From Candidatus Poseidoniaceae archaeon (lineage in GTDB: Archaea; Thermoplasmatota; Poseidoniia; Poseidoniales; Poseidoniaceae), in assembly GCA_965662895.1 (NCBI GenBank), contig CBFIJH010000006.1:32001-96000 (forward strand): DNA of 64,000 nt, in the 5' to 3' direction. A program made the position numbers and the translations under genes. Of this stretch, positions 10,701 to 19,692 are shown in pieces; positions within the stretch are counted from its first letter, which is position 1; each line of letters starts with the position of its first letter. Below the pieces are notes generated by a model. The model was not told the origin of the DNA, searched no databases, and saw nothing but the letters and a program-made list of their open reading frames with translations.

Positions 10701-11089
10701 GGGTGTTGACCACCCTCTGTTCCTGCTGAACTCAAACAACGGACGATTTGTGGGTAGGATGTAATCTCACACGCTGCAACCGTTGCTACAATTTGAGCAT
10801 CGTCGATGGTTGAAGTTGTGATTGGTTCCGAGTGACGATGGACAATGTACGTCGCATCGTGATAGAAGAGCACATTTCCGTTGTACGATTCAATGTTTTG
10901 CCATGAAATCGTTGTTGTTTCCGAAACTGGATCGAAAACGGCTGCGATGTTTTGTGCTTGCAAATTATCTGGATTCGTGTCCGCAGCAGTGGAAACAGGG
11001 GTTAATGGAACAAGCATCAACATCATGAGTAGGACCATGATGACGGCCTTTGGTTGGAGACTACGGTTCAGCGCGTTCGCACCCATCAC
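7799..11089 (-). CDS. Large secreted, C-terminally membrane-anchored protein with about 5 FN3-like and 2 Ig-like domains and a highly charged tail
   Basis: Signal peptide; repeated T(I/L/M/V)xW...Y(I/D/H/Q)xxR/S...YYAV(T/S) units; DTRAPTI and DAKSPTI Ig-like starts; TM VLVWIAVVVNVVIFVVALLIV; poly-D/E then K/R-rich tail. Confidence 0.85.
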   Translation of the reverse strand: MMGANALNRSLQPKAVIMVLLMMLMLVPLTPVSTAADTNPDNLQAQNIAAVFDPVSETTTISWQNIESYNGNVLFYHDATYIVHRHSEPITTSTIDDAQIVATVAACEITSYPQIVRCLSSAGTEGGQHPGHTVSYLVDAGTNDTFYYAVTVEWDDDGTIVTHQELDPDVSSLTAGVEEVTSAIETPLYFEASYSLADSETTLTWINYHSPLLPNTNPALPNTTILIWRSTTEISRNNGAQIYQQLTPIANLSSDIESYVHTVPPDTNEEAYYAISYFIPNKTGPGEDFVDLRFLSGNSLTDPVLEDNRPPGHVTVFSVNTLSYLDGSGETVMTWFGVPGESGERYDLYVSGVPFSSVYNSGVTFLTSVYENTTLEDSNAPYTHTRNLPIGTLGWAYYCVVTVDAIGLFDANISSTSCDSVEEDAFSDWQKEPTNVHAEFIGNRTVRVTWTDQLGVEGERYHIYSSSGVPTNPQQFATQTTYHGFVNDNTQVFDIVIGPEIISPTGAILNWFIYVTSEAQYVHTNGSYEYRGLDQNSFGPVEIDITPPNRVSIVNDESRGDLGFVALEWGNLPEPYESYQIWRHSGDPFEDSSISSNDAPGWELVLDDINAGGSTSPTLIRNVPIEDGSEQMMYYAITVCDEFYNCNPEILEGSTANSREIREDTRAPTIELELIDEDGSPYTSPSLVPGLYKINIEASELLVESLPVIEIFSSAGYNETGDEARMTLVTNNEANPNKGPVYTYDFRILNSESAGDLTIRTTLIDRADNQAVITNTSFKIDAKSPTIAVYAPSPSSEGSKYLYGNKINLMFAAEDDVQIADLQYRFTFNYGGLTGVTSQSAWANAEGVTDVNSDGSSLVSDMEFSAGTFDPGQHAITVRALDTAGNQKTAQVVFVVDFCRNNLEGQTVCTFEEDLKPEPEPEVVTPSMSEPPYVLVWIAVVVNVVIFVVALLIVQVSLSGPKKKKKGDDDDNDDWMSEFIGTTQEVDMDDITGTGSAAQEEKKSEPVSEEPEDEDDPFAVNVVQRKTRRKKKIEEVEEEDDDDDDLSWAGLDDDDDDDDDDEEEEEKPRKRPVRKRPARQAAPTRKRPVRRKKNDD
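7893..7990. repeat. Low-complexity trinucleotide (TCA/TCG/TCT) tract encoding poly-Asp/Glu
   Basis: ttcttcttcctcttcatcgtcatcgtcatcatcatcgtcatcgtc...; encodes EEEDDDDDD and DDDDDDDDDDEEEEE on the minus strand. Confidence 0.7.
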
Positions 11090-11165
11090 ACAATACGTCG
11101 CCGCCGCCTGTTAAGAGTATGCCGATAAATAACGAGAACAACCGACGTATTTGGTCATCATCGAT

Positions 11166-11906
11166 TTACTCCGATTCATCGTGATTTGGTTGGGCGAGTG
11201 GTTGTTCCTTATCGAGTGCAAGAATCTCCTTTCGAGCTTGGGAGAATCGGATCGCAAACGTGTAAATTCCACCAAGTCCAGAGATCAAAACAACTGCCAT
11301 CAGTGGGTTCAATTCAAGATGCTCAAATGGCGATGGAGCCGAAGAGTAATCTTGTACACCAATCAACCAGAAAATACCGGTTAATGCGAGAGCGGAAATC
11401 GTAAGGATGGTTCGGTCAGCACGAGAAAAGCCGCGATAATTTCGACCACCACTCACGGCTTGTGCTTGTGTACCCATGTAGGAGCCCAAGATGGTGAACC
11501 ATGCTGCAGCCCAACCAAGTGCTGGTTCATCAACCCATGCCGCACTTGAAGCGATAGCGATAACCCACATCCCATCGAGAAGTCGGTCAAGCGTGTGATC
11601 AAGGTAGTCACCCCATCGAGAAACTTGTCCTGTTTGGCGCGCAAGTTGACCGTCAAGACCGTCAAGTACCATCGAGAAAGCAATCAAGAACGCCGCTCCA
11701 AGAAGCATCCAAGCGCCAGTATCACTCTTTGGTGCTGTGAAAGCCAGTACACTGGCCATGACACCTACTGGAAGGGCAAGCCAGGTGAGAACTGCAGGAT
11801 TTGTTCTGCCTAAACTCGAGACCAGAGGCGAGACAATCGATTCCCAGCGTTTTCTGAGTTGTTCAAGCGCCATCTCTCTCGCCTTAACCACGGGTAGAAG
11901 GGTCAT
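11166..11906 (-). CDS. CDP-alcohol phosphatidyltransferase family protein
   Basis: Signature DGLDGQLARQTGQVSRWGDYLDHTLDR; ATGA overlap with the upstream kinase. Confidence 0.92.
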   Translation of the reverse strand: MTLLPVVKAREMALEQLRKRWESIVSPLVSSLGRTNPAVLTWLALPVGVMASVLAFTAPKSDTGAWMLLGAAFLIAFSMVLDGLDGQLARQTGQVSRWGDYLDHTLDRLLDGMWVIAIASSAAWVDEPALGWAAAWFTILGSYMGTQAQAVSGGRNYRGFSRADRTILTISALALTGIFWLIGVQDYSSAPSPFEHLELNPLMAVVLISGLGGIYTFAIRFSQARKEILALDKEQPLAQPNHDESE

Positions 11907-12427
11907 ATGCTTATCCAGTCGATTGAATCCTCCACCGAGTTCTCAACTGATGCAGAAGTTTTGAGATTTGATACGAAATGAAGTATAGTTTCAAGCTGGA
12001 TTTCTCCAGACGTGTTGTCGATTTCCAAGACCTTTGCTTTTGGATGGAGCGTGACCAAGTCTGTCCAAACTCCACTGAGAAGTTCCCACTCGACATTTGA
12101 TTCGATCTTCGCTGGGCTATATCCACGACGCGCCGAAAGACGGTCTCGCAACACCGAAGGATTGCAGCGAAGAACAATCGCAGCATCAATTGAGCAATAT
12201 TGAGAAAGATGGCCATCGATGAAGCATGGTTTTTCACCTGTCCAATTCCATTCCGAGAGTTTGGATGTATCAATTTCTCGAAGTCCGTTGTGTTGGGACA
12301 GAGCATTTGCTTCCTGAGCGATTGTTTCCATGGAAAGAACGTGAAATCCATGTTGCTGCAGTTGCGCTGCTAGTGTCGACTTCCCAGTTCCGGGAGAGCC
12401 TGTAATTGCAACAATCCTTGCACACAT
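11903..12427 (-). CDS. adkA: Archaeal AK6/Fap7-type adenylate kinase
   Basis: ITGSPGTGKST Walker A, FIDGHLS, LRCNP...RL..R.GY...KI..N; ATG at 12427. Confidence 0.85.
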   Translation of the reverse strand: MCARIVAITGSPGTGKSTLAAQLQQHGFHVLSMETIAQEANALSQHNGLREIDTSKLSEWNWTGEKPCFIDGHLSQYCSIDAAIVLRCNPSVLRDRLSARRGYSPAKIESNVEWELLSGVWTDLVTLHPKAKVLEIDNTSGEIQLETILHFVSNLKTSASVENSVEDSIDWISI

Positions 12428-12486
12428 CGTCTTCAGGTGAACCAATCGACGTGAAGAGTTAAACATGAGGTTTCGAATGATGCATT

Positions 12487-12723
12487 ATGGCCGCAATCGC
12501 ACTGGTGTTGATTTCAACCGAACCGGGTCAAGAACAACAGGTCGTTGCCGAACTCAGCAACATTCCTGAAATCGATGAGGCGATGGTCCTTTTTGGGGAA
12601 TATGATGTGTACTGCAAAGTGATTGTTGATGATTTCTCAAAACTCTCAGATTTGATTCTACGCAACATTCGCACTGTTCCTGGCGTGGTCGAGACGACAA
12701 CCTTGACTGCTGCTGCCAATTAA
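12487..12723 (+). CDS. Stand-alone Lrp/AsnC ligand-binding (RAM) domain protein
   Basis: LFGEYDVYCKV...IRTVPGVVETTT; no HTH domain. Confidence 0.88.
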   Translation: MAAIALVLISTEPGQEQQVVAELSNIPEIDEAMVLFGEYDVYCKVIVDDFSKLSDLILRNIRTVPGVVETTTLTAAAN

Positions 12724-12737
12724 ACGGAGGTTTGACC

Positions 12738-13478
12738 ATGTTTGGCATGTCGGACCCAAATCAAACCCTTTCCCAAATGCTCCGTTACTTTGAGGAGGGA
12801 CGGTACGAGATGGTCGAGGTGATGGCAACTGAATTCACGTCAATGCTGCTTGCCAACAAGCAACGCGACGGAGCGTTGCAGACCTTGCTCGTCAAAGGCA
12901 TGAGGGTACTGGCGGAGGTGTTGTCAAATCGCAACAAACACAAATTGGCCATTCATGCAACATCCGTTCTTCTTCGAGAGCGAAAAAAACTTGAAAAAAT
13001 TCTCAAACAAACCGCACCTGAGCTCGTATCAAAATTAACCCCGCTGGAACAAGACTTCCGAACGATTGGGCATGTTTACATGAAAGCGGGGAAAGATTCC
13101 AAGGCGCGGAAATTTTTCTTGAAAGCGAGCAAAGAAACTCCAGGAAATCTTGCAGCATTGGTGGCCCTTTGCCAGGTCGATGGTCCAAAAACAAAATACG
13201 CTGGACATCTTGCTTCAGCGGTTGAATCAGCAGGGCCTGTTCTTTTGGAACAAGGATCATATGTTCTTCGCCCTGAAGATGCGCCTGGCAGTCAAATCGA
13301 TCCAGTTCTTGCTGTCTTTGAGACGTCTGAGCGTCAGCATCCATCGTGTCTTGAACAATCTGCTCGTATTCGGAAAGAATGTGAAGAGATTGCAAGCGGT
13401 GTTCAAGCTGCAAACGAGCGACTCCAAACTGCAATGGATTCCTTAACGCCAAAGCACGACTATTACCAATATTCTTGA
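12738..13478 (+). CDS. Hypothetical alpha-helical/TPR-like protein
   Basis: GGAGGT SD before ATG 12738; IGHVYMKAGKDSKARKFFLKA..ETPGN is a TPR-like unit. Confidence 0.7.
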   Translation: MFGMSDPNQTLSQMLRYFEEGRYEMVEVMATEFTSMLLANKQRDGALQTLLVKGMRVLAEVLSNRNKHKLAIHATSVLLRERKKLEKILKQTAPELVSKLTPLEQDFRTIGHVYMKAGKDSKARKFFLKASKETPGNLAALVALCQVDGPKTKYAGHLASAVESAGPVLLEQGSYVLRPEDAPGSQIDPVLAVFETSERQHPSCLEQSARIRKECEEIASGVQAANERLQTAMDSLTPKHDYYQYS

Positions 13479-13479
13479 A

Positions 13480-13557
13480 TGGTAGCGAGGGATGGATTTG
13501 AACCATCGATCTCCGGGTTATGAGCCCGACGGGATATCCAGACTACCCCACCTCGCT
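13480..13557 (-). tRNA. Initiator tRNA-Met(CAT)
   Basis: AGCGAGGTGGGGTAGTCTGGATATCCCGTCGGGCTCATAACCCGGAGATCGATGGTTCAAATCCATCCCTCGCTACCA; A1-U72 pair, GGG/CCC anticodon stem (archaeal initiator hallmarks), encoded CCA. Confidence 0.96.
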
Positions 13558-13657
13558 AGCCCCAACGCCACAGTCCTTCCCTTTGAAACCACCGATGTAG
13601 TATTTTTTCATCCTCTTTCGGCACTGTCTTCTTCAAGGAGGACCTCAAAGAAGAATC

Positions 13658-14473
13658 ATGGGCGGACGAGCAGGGGTCTTCTTGTTGTCGGCACTTTTGA
13701 TGTGTTCAATGTTCTCGGGTTGTCTCGGAGATGATGATGCTGAGCAACAGAAACTTATCGACCTCGTCGTACATTACGATGCAACCAATGGAACGATTCA
13801 ACAATCCTTCATCGGGGGTTTTCAGGATTCATTCACAAGCGTAACGTTTGGTTTTGATTTTGCCCGGACCACCTCCGATTATGGCTTGGAATCCTTCACG
13901 CTTGACCCTGGCGACGGCCGTTCAGTCATCAGTATCGATGCATCCGAATCAGCAAACATTGATGTCGAATACCAAATTCACGGAATGTATACTGTTGTTC
14001 TTGCAGCAACCGATATCAACGGAAATACAGCAAATCAGACCGTGGTGCTCAGGGTTGACCATTCCATCGAGTGGAGTGAGGCAAATTCTGCTGACCCAGA
14101 TACGATGGAAATTAATGCAGCATCGGGAAATGAGATTTCAACTCCAAAAGAAATGGCAATCTCTTCAATCGTTGAGAACCCAGGAAACCCTCTAGGAAGC
14201 CCTGTAAGCATAACTTGGGAATTGATCGACCCTAATTCTGCCAGTAAGGGGACCAAGTCAGCTCAGATTCAAGATGGCGAGGATGCTTCGTGGGATTTTG
14301 ATCTCAACTTTCCGATAAGTGGCATCTACGAACTTCGTTTAACCATCGAGCAAGGACAAGATCGAATCAACATCAACCATGTTGTTGACATCCTCTATGA
14401 GCAAGAAGAGTCCGTTCCAAATCCTTACCAAGCAGATGATGAATCTGAAGAAGAGAATTCTGAAAGTGAATGA
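13658..14473 (+). CDS. Putative lipoprotein with PKD-like domain
   Basis: Signal peptide ending SGCL; PKD-like FDFARTTSD...LDPGDG...Y...GMYTVVLAATDINGN. Confidence 0.75.
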   Translation: MGGRAGVFLLSALLMCSMFSGCLGDDDAEQQKLIDLVVHYDATNGTIQQSFIGGFQDSFTSVTFGFDFARTTSDYGLESFTLDPGDGRSVISIDASESANIDVEYQIHGMYTVVLAATDINGNTANQTVVLRVDHSIEWSEANSADPDTMEINAASGNEISTPKEMAISSIVENPGNPLGSPVSITWELIDPNSASKGTKSAQIQDGEDASWDFDLNFPISGIYELRLTIEQGQDRININHVVDILYEQEESVPNPYQADDESEEENSESE

Positions 14474-14589
14474 AAAGTGAAAACCGATACCATGCGATGG
14501 TGTTGAATTCAATCTTCAGATTTTGTTGGCAATTTGTCCCAATCTTCGCTTGATATACCCTCAGCCATTGGTTTGGAACAAGTGATCCA

Positions 14590-15624
14590 ATGAGCACGAA
14601 AACTAAGAAGAAAACAACAAGTAAGAAGAATGAAGTCCCGACTGAGGATGAAGGGATACCAATGAAAGCCGCAGATGAGGAAGCCCCGGAGGTAAAAATC
14701 GAGGATCTTCCTGGTGTTGGTCCTGCAACTGCAGAAAAGTTGCGTGAAGCGGGTTTTGACGAGCTCCTTGCCCTTGCAGTCATGTCTCCTGCAGACCTTG
14801 CAGAGCAGGCTGAACTTGGCGAAGCTGTCGCTGGAAAAATCATCAATGCTGCCAAGAAGATGGCGAACATCGGCGGCTTCGTTTCCGGTGTAGCGCTCCT
14901 TGACCGTCGTCGAGAAGTTCAGAAACTCTCATCCAAAGTTCAATCAATCGATGACCTCCTCGGCGGGGGATTCGAAACCCAAGCTCTCGTCGAAGTGTAC
15001 GGGGCTTTCGGATCTGGGAAGACGCAAATTGGGCATCAACTTGCTGTCAACTGTACAATGCCAGTCGAGGATGGTGGTTTCGATGGTGATGTCTTTTACA
15101 TCGATACGGAAGACACCTTCCGTCCTGAACGAATTACACAGATGGCTCGCGGACATGGACTCGACCCAGACATGGTCTTGAGCCGTATACACGTCGCACG
15201 TGCATACAACTCAGCGCACCAAATGCTCCTTGCAGAAGAAATCAAAAGAATGAGCAAGGGGCTTAACGTCAAGATGATTATTGTTGATTCGTTAACAAGC
15301 CACTTCCGTGCTGAATTTATTGGCCGTGGAATGCTTGCAAACCGGCAACAGAAGTTGAATCGTCACCTCAAAGACCTCAAGCAGCTCGCTGACGTCAACA
15401 ATGCGCTCGTTTTGGTCACAAACCAAGTCCATTCTAAGCCAGACGCTATGTGGGGAGATCCGACCAAGCCTATTGGTGGCCACGTTCTTGCTCACGCCTC
15501 GACGTTCCGACTCTACTTGCGAAAAGCGAAGGGCGGACGAAGAATTGCTCGACTTGTTGACTCCCCAAATCTACCAGATGGTGAGTGTGTTTACCAGGTC
15601 ACGCAAGAAGGTCTTCGTGATTGA
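14590..15624 (+). CDS. radA: DNA repair and recombination protein RadA
   Basis: Hh[66 protein letters not shown]; no intein. Confidence 0.98.
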   Translation: MSTKTKKKTTSKKNEVPTEDEGIPMKAADEEAPEVKIEDLPGVGPATAEKLREAGFDELLALAVMSPADLAEQAELGEAVAGKIINAAKKMANIGGFVSGVALLDRRREVQKLSSKVQSIDDLLGGGFETQALVEVYGAFGSGKTQIGHQLAVNCTMPVEDGGFDGDVFYIDTEDTFRPERITQMARGHGLDPDMVLSRIHVARAYNSAHQMLLAEEIKRMSKGLNVKMIIVDSLTSHFRAEFIGRGMLANRQQKLNRHLKDLKQLADVNNALVLVTNQVHSKPDAMWGDPTKPIGGHVLAHASTFRLYLRKAKGGRRIARLVDSPNLPDGECVYQVTQEGLRD

Positions 15625-15682
15625 TGTTCCCTTCCGAAATTGGTTTCAACGTGGAAGTTTGGTACAATACATTCAAGTTAGG

Positions 15683-15703
15683 ATGAAGCAAGATATGCTT
15701 CAT
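15683..15703. promoter_or_regulatory. Perfect inverted repeat overlapping the ftsZ start codon (candidate operator)
   Basis: ATGAAGCA-agata-TGCTTCAT; TATA-like ATTCAAG at 15671-15677. Confidence 0.35.
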
Positions 15704-16829
15704 GCGTCATTTGATTGAGCGAGTGTTGGAACTGTCTGACGACGAGATTGTACCGCAAATGGATTTACAGCCGAGTGGCCAAGGTACCGATGAAGAGCTT
15801 CGAGCCCTTCTCGAATCTCTCCAACCTCGAATCCGTGTTTACGGAGTTGGGGGTGCTGGTTGCAATGCAGTTGGACGACTCGATGCTGAGGGATTGTTTG
15901 AAAATTCCTTTGTTACAGGATATGCGATCAATACAGACGCTCAGGCGCTCCTTATGTCTCCGCTTGAGCATAAGGTGCTTATTGGCCGCACCGCTCGAGG
16001 GAGAGGTGCTGGTGGAGACCCAACAAAGGGCGAGGCCGCCGCACTCGAATCTGAAATGGCGCTTCGAAGCATTACGACCGATACACAACTCGCAATCATT
16101 GCTGCAGGGATGGGTGGTGGTTCAGGTACAGGGGCTGCAGGCCACATTGCTCGTCTCGCAAAAGAACAGGGTGCGATGACCATTGCCGTTGTCACCTACC
16201 CATTCCAATCTGAAGGAGCAACTCGACGAGAAAACGCTGAATGGGGTCTTGAACGATTACGCGAACATTGCGACACAATTTTAGTCATTCCTAACGAGCG
16301 GTTGCTTGAGATTGAGGGCGTGAAGGATTTGCCACTCGCAAGCGCATTCAGAGTTGGGGACGAGTTGCTTGTTCGGTCGATCATTGGTGTTACCGAACTT
16401 CTGACCCGAGACGGAATGGTCAACCTTGACTTTGAAGATTTGAAGGCTGTTATTCACTCGGGTGCTGGAGTCGCAATGATTGGTCTTGGTGCTGGCTCGG
16501 GGCCGGGACGGGCCGAAGAGGCAACTTTGGAGGCGTTGCATTCGCCACTGCTCGACCTTGATTTCAGTGACGCTCGAGGTGCGCTTATCAATGTCGTTGG
16601 AGGTAACAATCTCACGCTTGGGGAGGCTGAAAGATGCGCCCAGATTATCACTGAACGAATTTCACCACATGCAAAAATCATCTGGGGGACAGCTGTTGAT
16701 GAAGAGCTCGATGATGAGATACGGGTCATGCTTGTTCTAACTGGTGTGAAAAGCGAACAGATTCACGGTTCCTCGGATCGACGACAGCGTAAAGCACTGC
16801 GAAGTAGCACAATTGAATTTGTAAATTAA
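15702..16829 (+). CDS. ftsZ: Cell division protein FtsZ (archaeal FtsZ1-like)
   Basis: GVGGAGCNA, NTDAQAL, GAGGDP, GMGGGSGTG, PFQSEG, VIPNERL, VNLDFED. Confidence 0.95.
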   Translation: MRHLIERVLELSDDEIVPQMDLQPSGQGTDEELRALLESLQPRIRVYGVGGAGCNAVGRLDAEGLFENSFVTGYAINTDAQALLMSPLEHKVLIGRTARGRGAGGDPTKGEAAALESEMALRSITTDTQLAIIAAGMGGGSGTGAAGHIARLAKEQGAMTIAVVTYPFQSEGATRRENAEWGLERLREHCDTILVIPNERLLEIEGVKDLPLASAFRVGDELLVRSIIGVTELLTRDGMVNLDFEDLKAVIHSGAGVAMIGLGAGSGPGRAEEATLEALHSPLLDLDFSDARGALINVVGGNNLTLGEAERCAQIITERISPHAKIIWGTAVDEELDDEIRVMLVLTGVKSEQIHGSSDRRQRKALRSSTIEFVN

Positions 16830-17437
16830 TTGCGAACTGCTGCTGCAAGAAGCAATATCAGGGCCAAAAGGGATATCAGTCCGACAGAGTAATCGGTGGG
16901 ACTGAACTTCTCAACGTCCTGACTGAATACTTCTCCATCGTACGACATACCTGGTAGTCGAATGGTTACACTGTTCCATTGATCGCCAGTACTTGCTTGA
17001 TTACCATTTACTGCATTTCCATAAATCGAGAAATCAACAAAAGAAGAATTATCTGCTGGACTGGTAAATGAGAAATTCCACATACGGATAGCGTTTCCGG
17101 ATTCTGTGTGCGTCCATCCATCATCCATAGCTTGAATCAAATTCTCTGATACGTTGTATCCGATTTGACCTTCAGATACCCGCAAACGAAAACCCCCTTT
17201 CTCTCCGCCTTCAAATGCAGGTACGGCCTCAGATTTAACTTCAATTGAAAAATTGTAGGTCGTATTCGATTCAAACGCTCCTGGCAAGCCCAAGACTTCA
17301 ATCTGGGTGCTTGGGTTTTTTTCACCATGGCAGAGGCACCCCTCATCCGCAGATTTTCCAATACCACCCGGTGCAGATGTAGCAGCAGGGATGAAGAGCG
17401 CAATGAGAATCAACGGCAAGAATTTACGCAGACCCAT
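16826..17437 (-). CDS. Secreted, membrane-anchored reeler-like ('choice-of-anchor V'-type) domain protein with a CxCH motif
   Basis: Signal peptide, GCLCHG, GGF, WTHT, WNFSFTSP, GNAVNGN...GD.W, C-terminal TM. Confidence 0.7.
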   Translation of the reverse strand: MGLRKFLPLILIALFIPAATSAPGGIGKSADEGCLCHGEKNPSTQIEVLGLPGAFESNTTYNFSIEVKSEAVPAFEGGEKGGFRLRVSEGQIGYNVSENLIQAMDDGWTHTESGNAIRMWNFSFTSPADNSSFVDFSIYGNAVNGNQASTGDQWNSVTIRLPGMSYDGEVFSQDVEKFSPTDYSVGLISLLALILLLAAAVRN

Positions 17438-17465
17438 CCCCTAATTTTACCACAATACCCCTCCA

Positions 17466-17530
17466 TTTGAACCTTTCATGTTCAAACCAATATGAACAAT
17501 AGTTCAAAAGAGGAACAGGGTGATTTGAAC
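17466..17530. promoter_or_regulatory. Cluster of TGAAC/GTTCA inverted half-sites in a divergent promoter
   Basis: TTTGAAC-N7-GTTCAAA (17466-17486), TGAAC-N4-GTTCA (17493-17506), TTTGAAC (17524-17530). Confidence 0.4.
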
Positions 17531-17538
17531 GCGATAAC

Positions 17539-18027
17539 ATGGATTTTGACCAACCTATCTCCCCTGAATTTGACGCTGAAGAGATTGATGTATTTGCAGA
17601 GTTAACGGGCTCCAATGCAAATAAGATGACAACGCAAGATCCGTTGCAAAGCATCCTTTTGGAAGAAGATGAACAAATTAACGTCGACCCTCACCTCGTC
17701 GCAGAATTACTTCAAGTGCTGGCCCAACACTCGATTCGTCAACACTCTGAGAAAAACCCCGAATTCCTCCCTGAGCAAGCACAACAAGTACATCTCAACT
17801 CCGCCCGTGTAACACTCTCAGAAGATGAGTATCGACTCTCACTACTCGTTGAATTGCAAGACAACCAAAAAATTCGACCATGTGTCCGTGCAGTTCGAAA
17901 CTCCGGAGAATTAAATCTCGTGAATGAAGAACGTGTGCCTTCGGTGTGGAAACCTCTCTACAATTTACTTGAAAATGCTTTCAAACAAGCGATTCAATCG
18001 CTGAAAACTAGTACTTACTTTTCGTGA
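17539..18027 (+). CDS. Hypothetical protein
   Basis: 162-aa ORF filling the gap; acidic N-terminus; codon usage like neighbours. Confidence 0.65.
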   Translation: MDFDQPISPEFDAEEIDVFAELTGSNANKMTTQDPLQSILLEEDEQINVDPHLVAELLQVLAQHSIRQHSEKNPEFLPEQAQQVHLNSARVTLSEDEYRLSLLVELQDNQKIRPCVRAVRNSGELNLVNEERVPSVWKPLYNLLENAFKQAIQSLKTSTYFS

Positions 18028-18410
18028 AGAGTCAAATCCCATGTGATTTGAATTTCATTTTTGAGTGAGTTCGACACTGAGCAATACTTTTCATGAGACT
18101 TTTCGATCGTCCTTCGAATCAGTTTCTCCGGGACATCACCCTCTACATGGTAGATCATGTGTACCTTGGTAAACGACCGTGGATAATCGTCCCTCCGTTC
18201 AGCATCCATATCCACCCAAACTCCTCCGAATTCACGATTTTTTAGTCCGATTACAACATCAACGATTGAGCATGCTCCAATCATCTGGAGAAAAATTTGC
18301 ATTGGGGACGGGCCATCCTCCCAATCGACGTCAATCGACTGTCCGCCTTCATTTTGGCACTCAAGTTTCGTTCCGCCGGACCAATGGACACTGCCTTTCA
18401 TAGAAACCAT
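18015..18410 (-). CDS. OsmC family protein (YhfA-like)
   Basis: GPSPM...GACSIVDV...PRSFTKVHMIY...SHEKYCSVS. Confidence 0.9.
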   Translation of the reverse strand: MVSMKGSVHWSGGTKLECQNEGGQSIDVDWEDGPSPMQIFLQMIGACSIVDVVIGLKNREFGGVWVDMDAERRDDYPRSFTKVHMIYHVEGDVPEKLIRRTIEKSHEKYCSVSNSLKNEIQITWDLTLHEK

Positions 18411-18459
18411 CGCGTCGGTTGGTTCTTGAAGTGGTTATGGGTGGAGCAATCTGAGAAGT

Positions 18460-19686
18460 ATGAGCGGCGAACCAGTTGTAATGCAAAATGGAAAACTACA
18501 CATCCCCAACAATCCGATTATCCATTACATCGAAGGAGACGGGATTGGCGTCGATATAAGTCCAGTTATGATTTCTGTTGTTGATGCTGCTGTTGAGAAG
18601 GCATACAATGGAAACAAGAAGATTGCCTGGAACGAGGTTCTTGCTGGAGAAAAAGCATTCAATGCAACCGGGGAATGGCTTCCCGAAGCAACACTTGATG
18701 CAATGCGAACTGGTCTTGTTTCAATTAAGGGGCCGCTCACAACTCCAGTTGGTGGCGGTATTCGCTCTCTCAACGTCGCTTTACGACAAAAGCTCGACCT
18801 CTTTGCCTGTGTTCGTCCTGTGCGATGGTACGATGGAACACCCTCTCCTGTGAAGGCTCCTGAAGATGTGGACATGATCATCTTCCGAGAGAACAGCGAA
18901 GATGTGTATGCTGGAATTGAATGGGAGGCCGGCTCAGACGGTGTCAAGAAAGTCATTGATTTCCTAACCAACGAAATGGGTGTCGACAAAATCCGATTCC
19001 CGAACACATCCGGCATTGGGATTAAGCCGATCAGTCAGGAAGGAACAAACCGCATTGTACGTGCTGCATTGCAATATGCCCTCGATAACGACAAGAAAAG
19101 CGTCACCTTGGTCCACAAAGGAAACATCATGAAATTCACGGAAGGTGGATTTCGAGATTGGGGATATCAATTAGCAAAAGAAGAATTTGGAGCAGTTGAA
19201 TTGGACGGTGGCCCATGGTGCACAATGAAGAATCCAACAACAGGTAATGAGATTATCATTAAGGACGTTATTGCAGATGCAATGCTCCAGCAAATTATCA
19301 CACGGCCTGCAGAATACAGTGTACTGGCCACGATGAATCTCAACGGAGATTACATCTCAGACGCTTTAGCAGCACAGGTTGGTGGAATAGGAATCGCCCC
19401 TGGTGCAAACATCAATTACGATACAGGCATTTCCATATTTGAAGCGACACATGGGACAGCTCCAAAGTATGCAGGACAGGACAAGGTCAATCCAGGCTCT
19501 CTCATCCTATCAGCCGAGATGATGCTTCGACATATGGGTTGGAGTGAAGCCGCAGACCTCATCGTCAAAGGCATGGAAGGAGCGATAAGCGCTAAAACAG
19601 TGACCTATGATTTTGAACGTCTAATGGATGACGCAACACTTCTCTCCTGCTCAGCATTTGGAAAGGCGCTCATCGCCCACATGTGA
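18460..19686 (+). CDS. icd: NADP-dependent isocitrate dehydrogenase
   Basis: [64 protein letters not shown]. Confidence 0.98.
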   Translation: MSGEPVVMQNGKLHIPNNPIIHYIEGDGIGVDISPVMISVVDAAVEKAYNGNKKIAWNEVLAGEKAFNATGEWLPEATLDAMRTGLVSIKGPLTTPVGGGIRSLNVALRQKLDLFACVRPVRWYDGTPSPVKAPEDVDMIIFRENSEDVYAGIEWEAGSDGVKKVIDFLTNEMGVDKIRFPNTSGIGIKPISQEGTNRIVRAALQYALDNDKKSVTLVHKGNIMKFTEGGFRDWGYQLAKEEFGAVELDGGPWCTMKNPTTGNEIIIKDVIADAMLQQIITRPAEYSVLATMNLNGDYISDALAAQVGGIGIAPGANINYDTGISIFEATHGTAPKYAGQDKVNPGSLILSAEMMLRHMGWSEAADLIVKGMEGAISAKTVTYDFERLMDDATLLSCSAFGKALIAHM

Positions 19687-19692
19687 AGCAAT

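Noticed and set aside
13480-14473. tRNA genes as possible integration sites for an island or provirus
   Set aside because: No integrase, no duplicated tRNA 3' end seen, and flanking genes look like host genes.
14590-15624. Possible intein in RadA
   Set aside because: Normal length (344 aa) and a continuous Walker A region.
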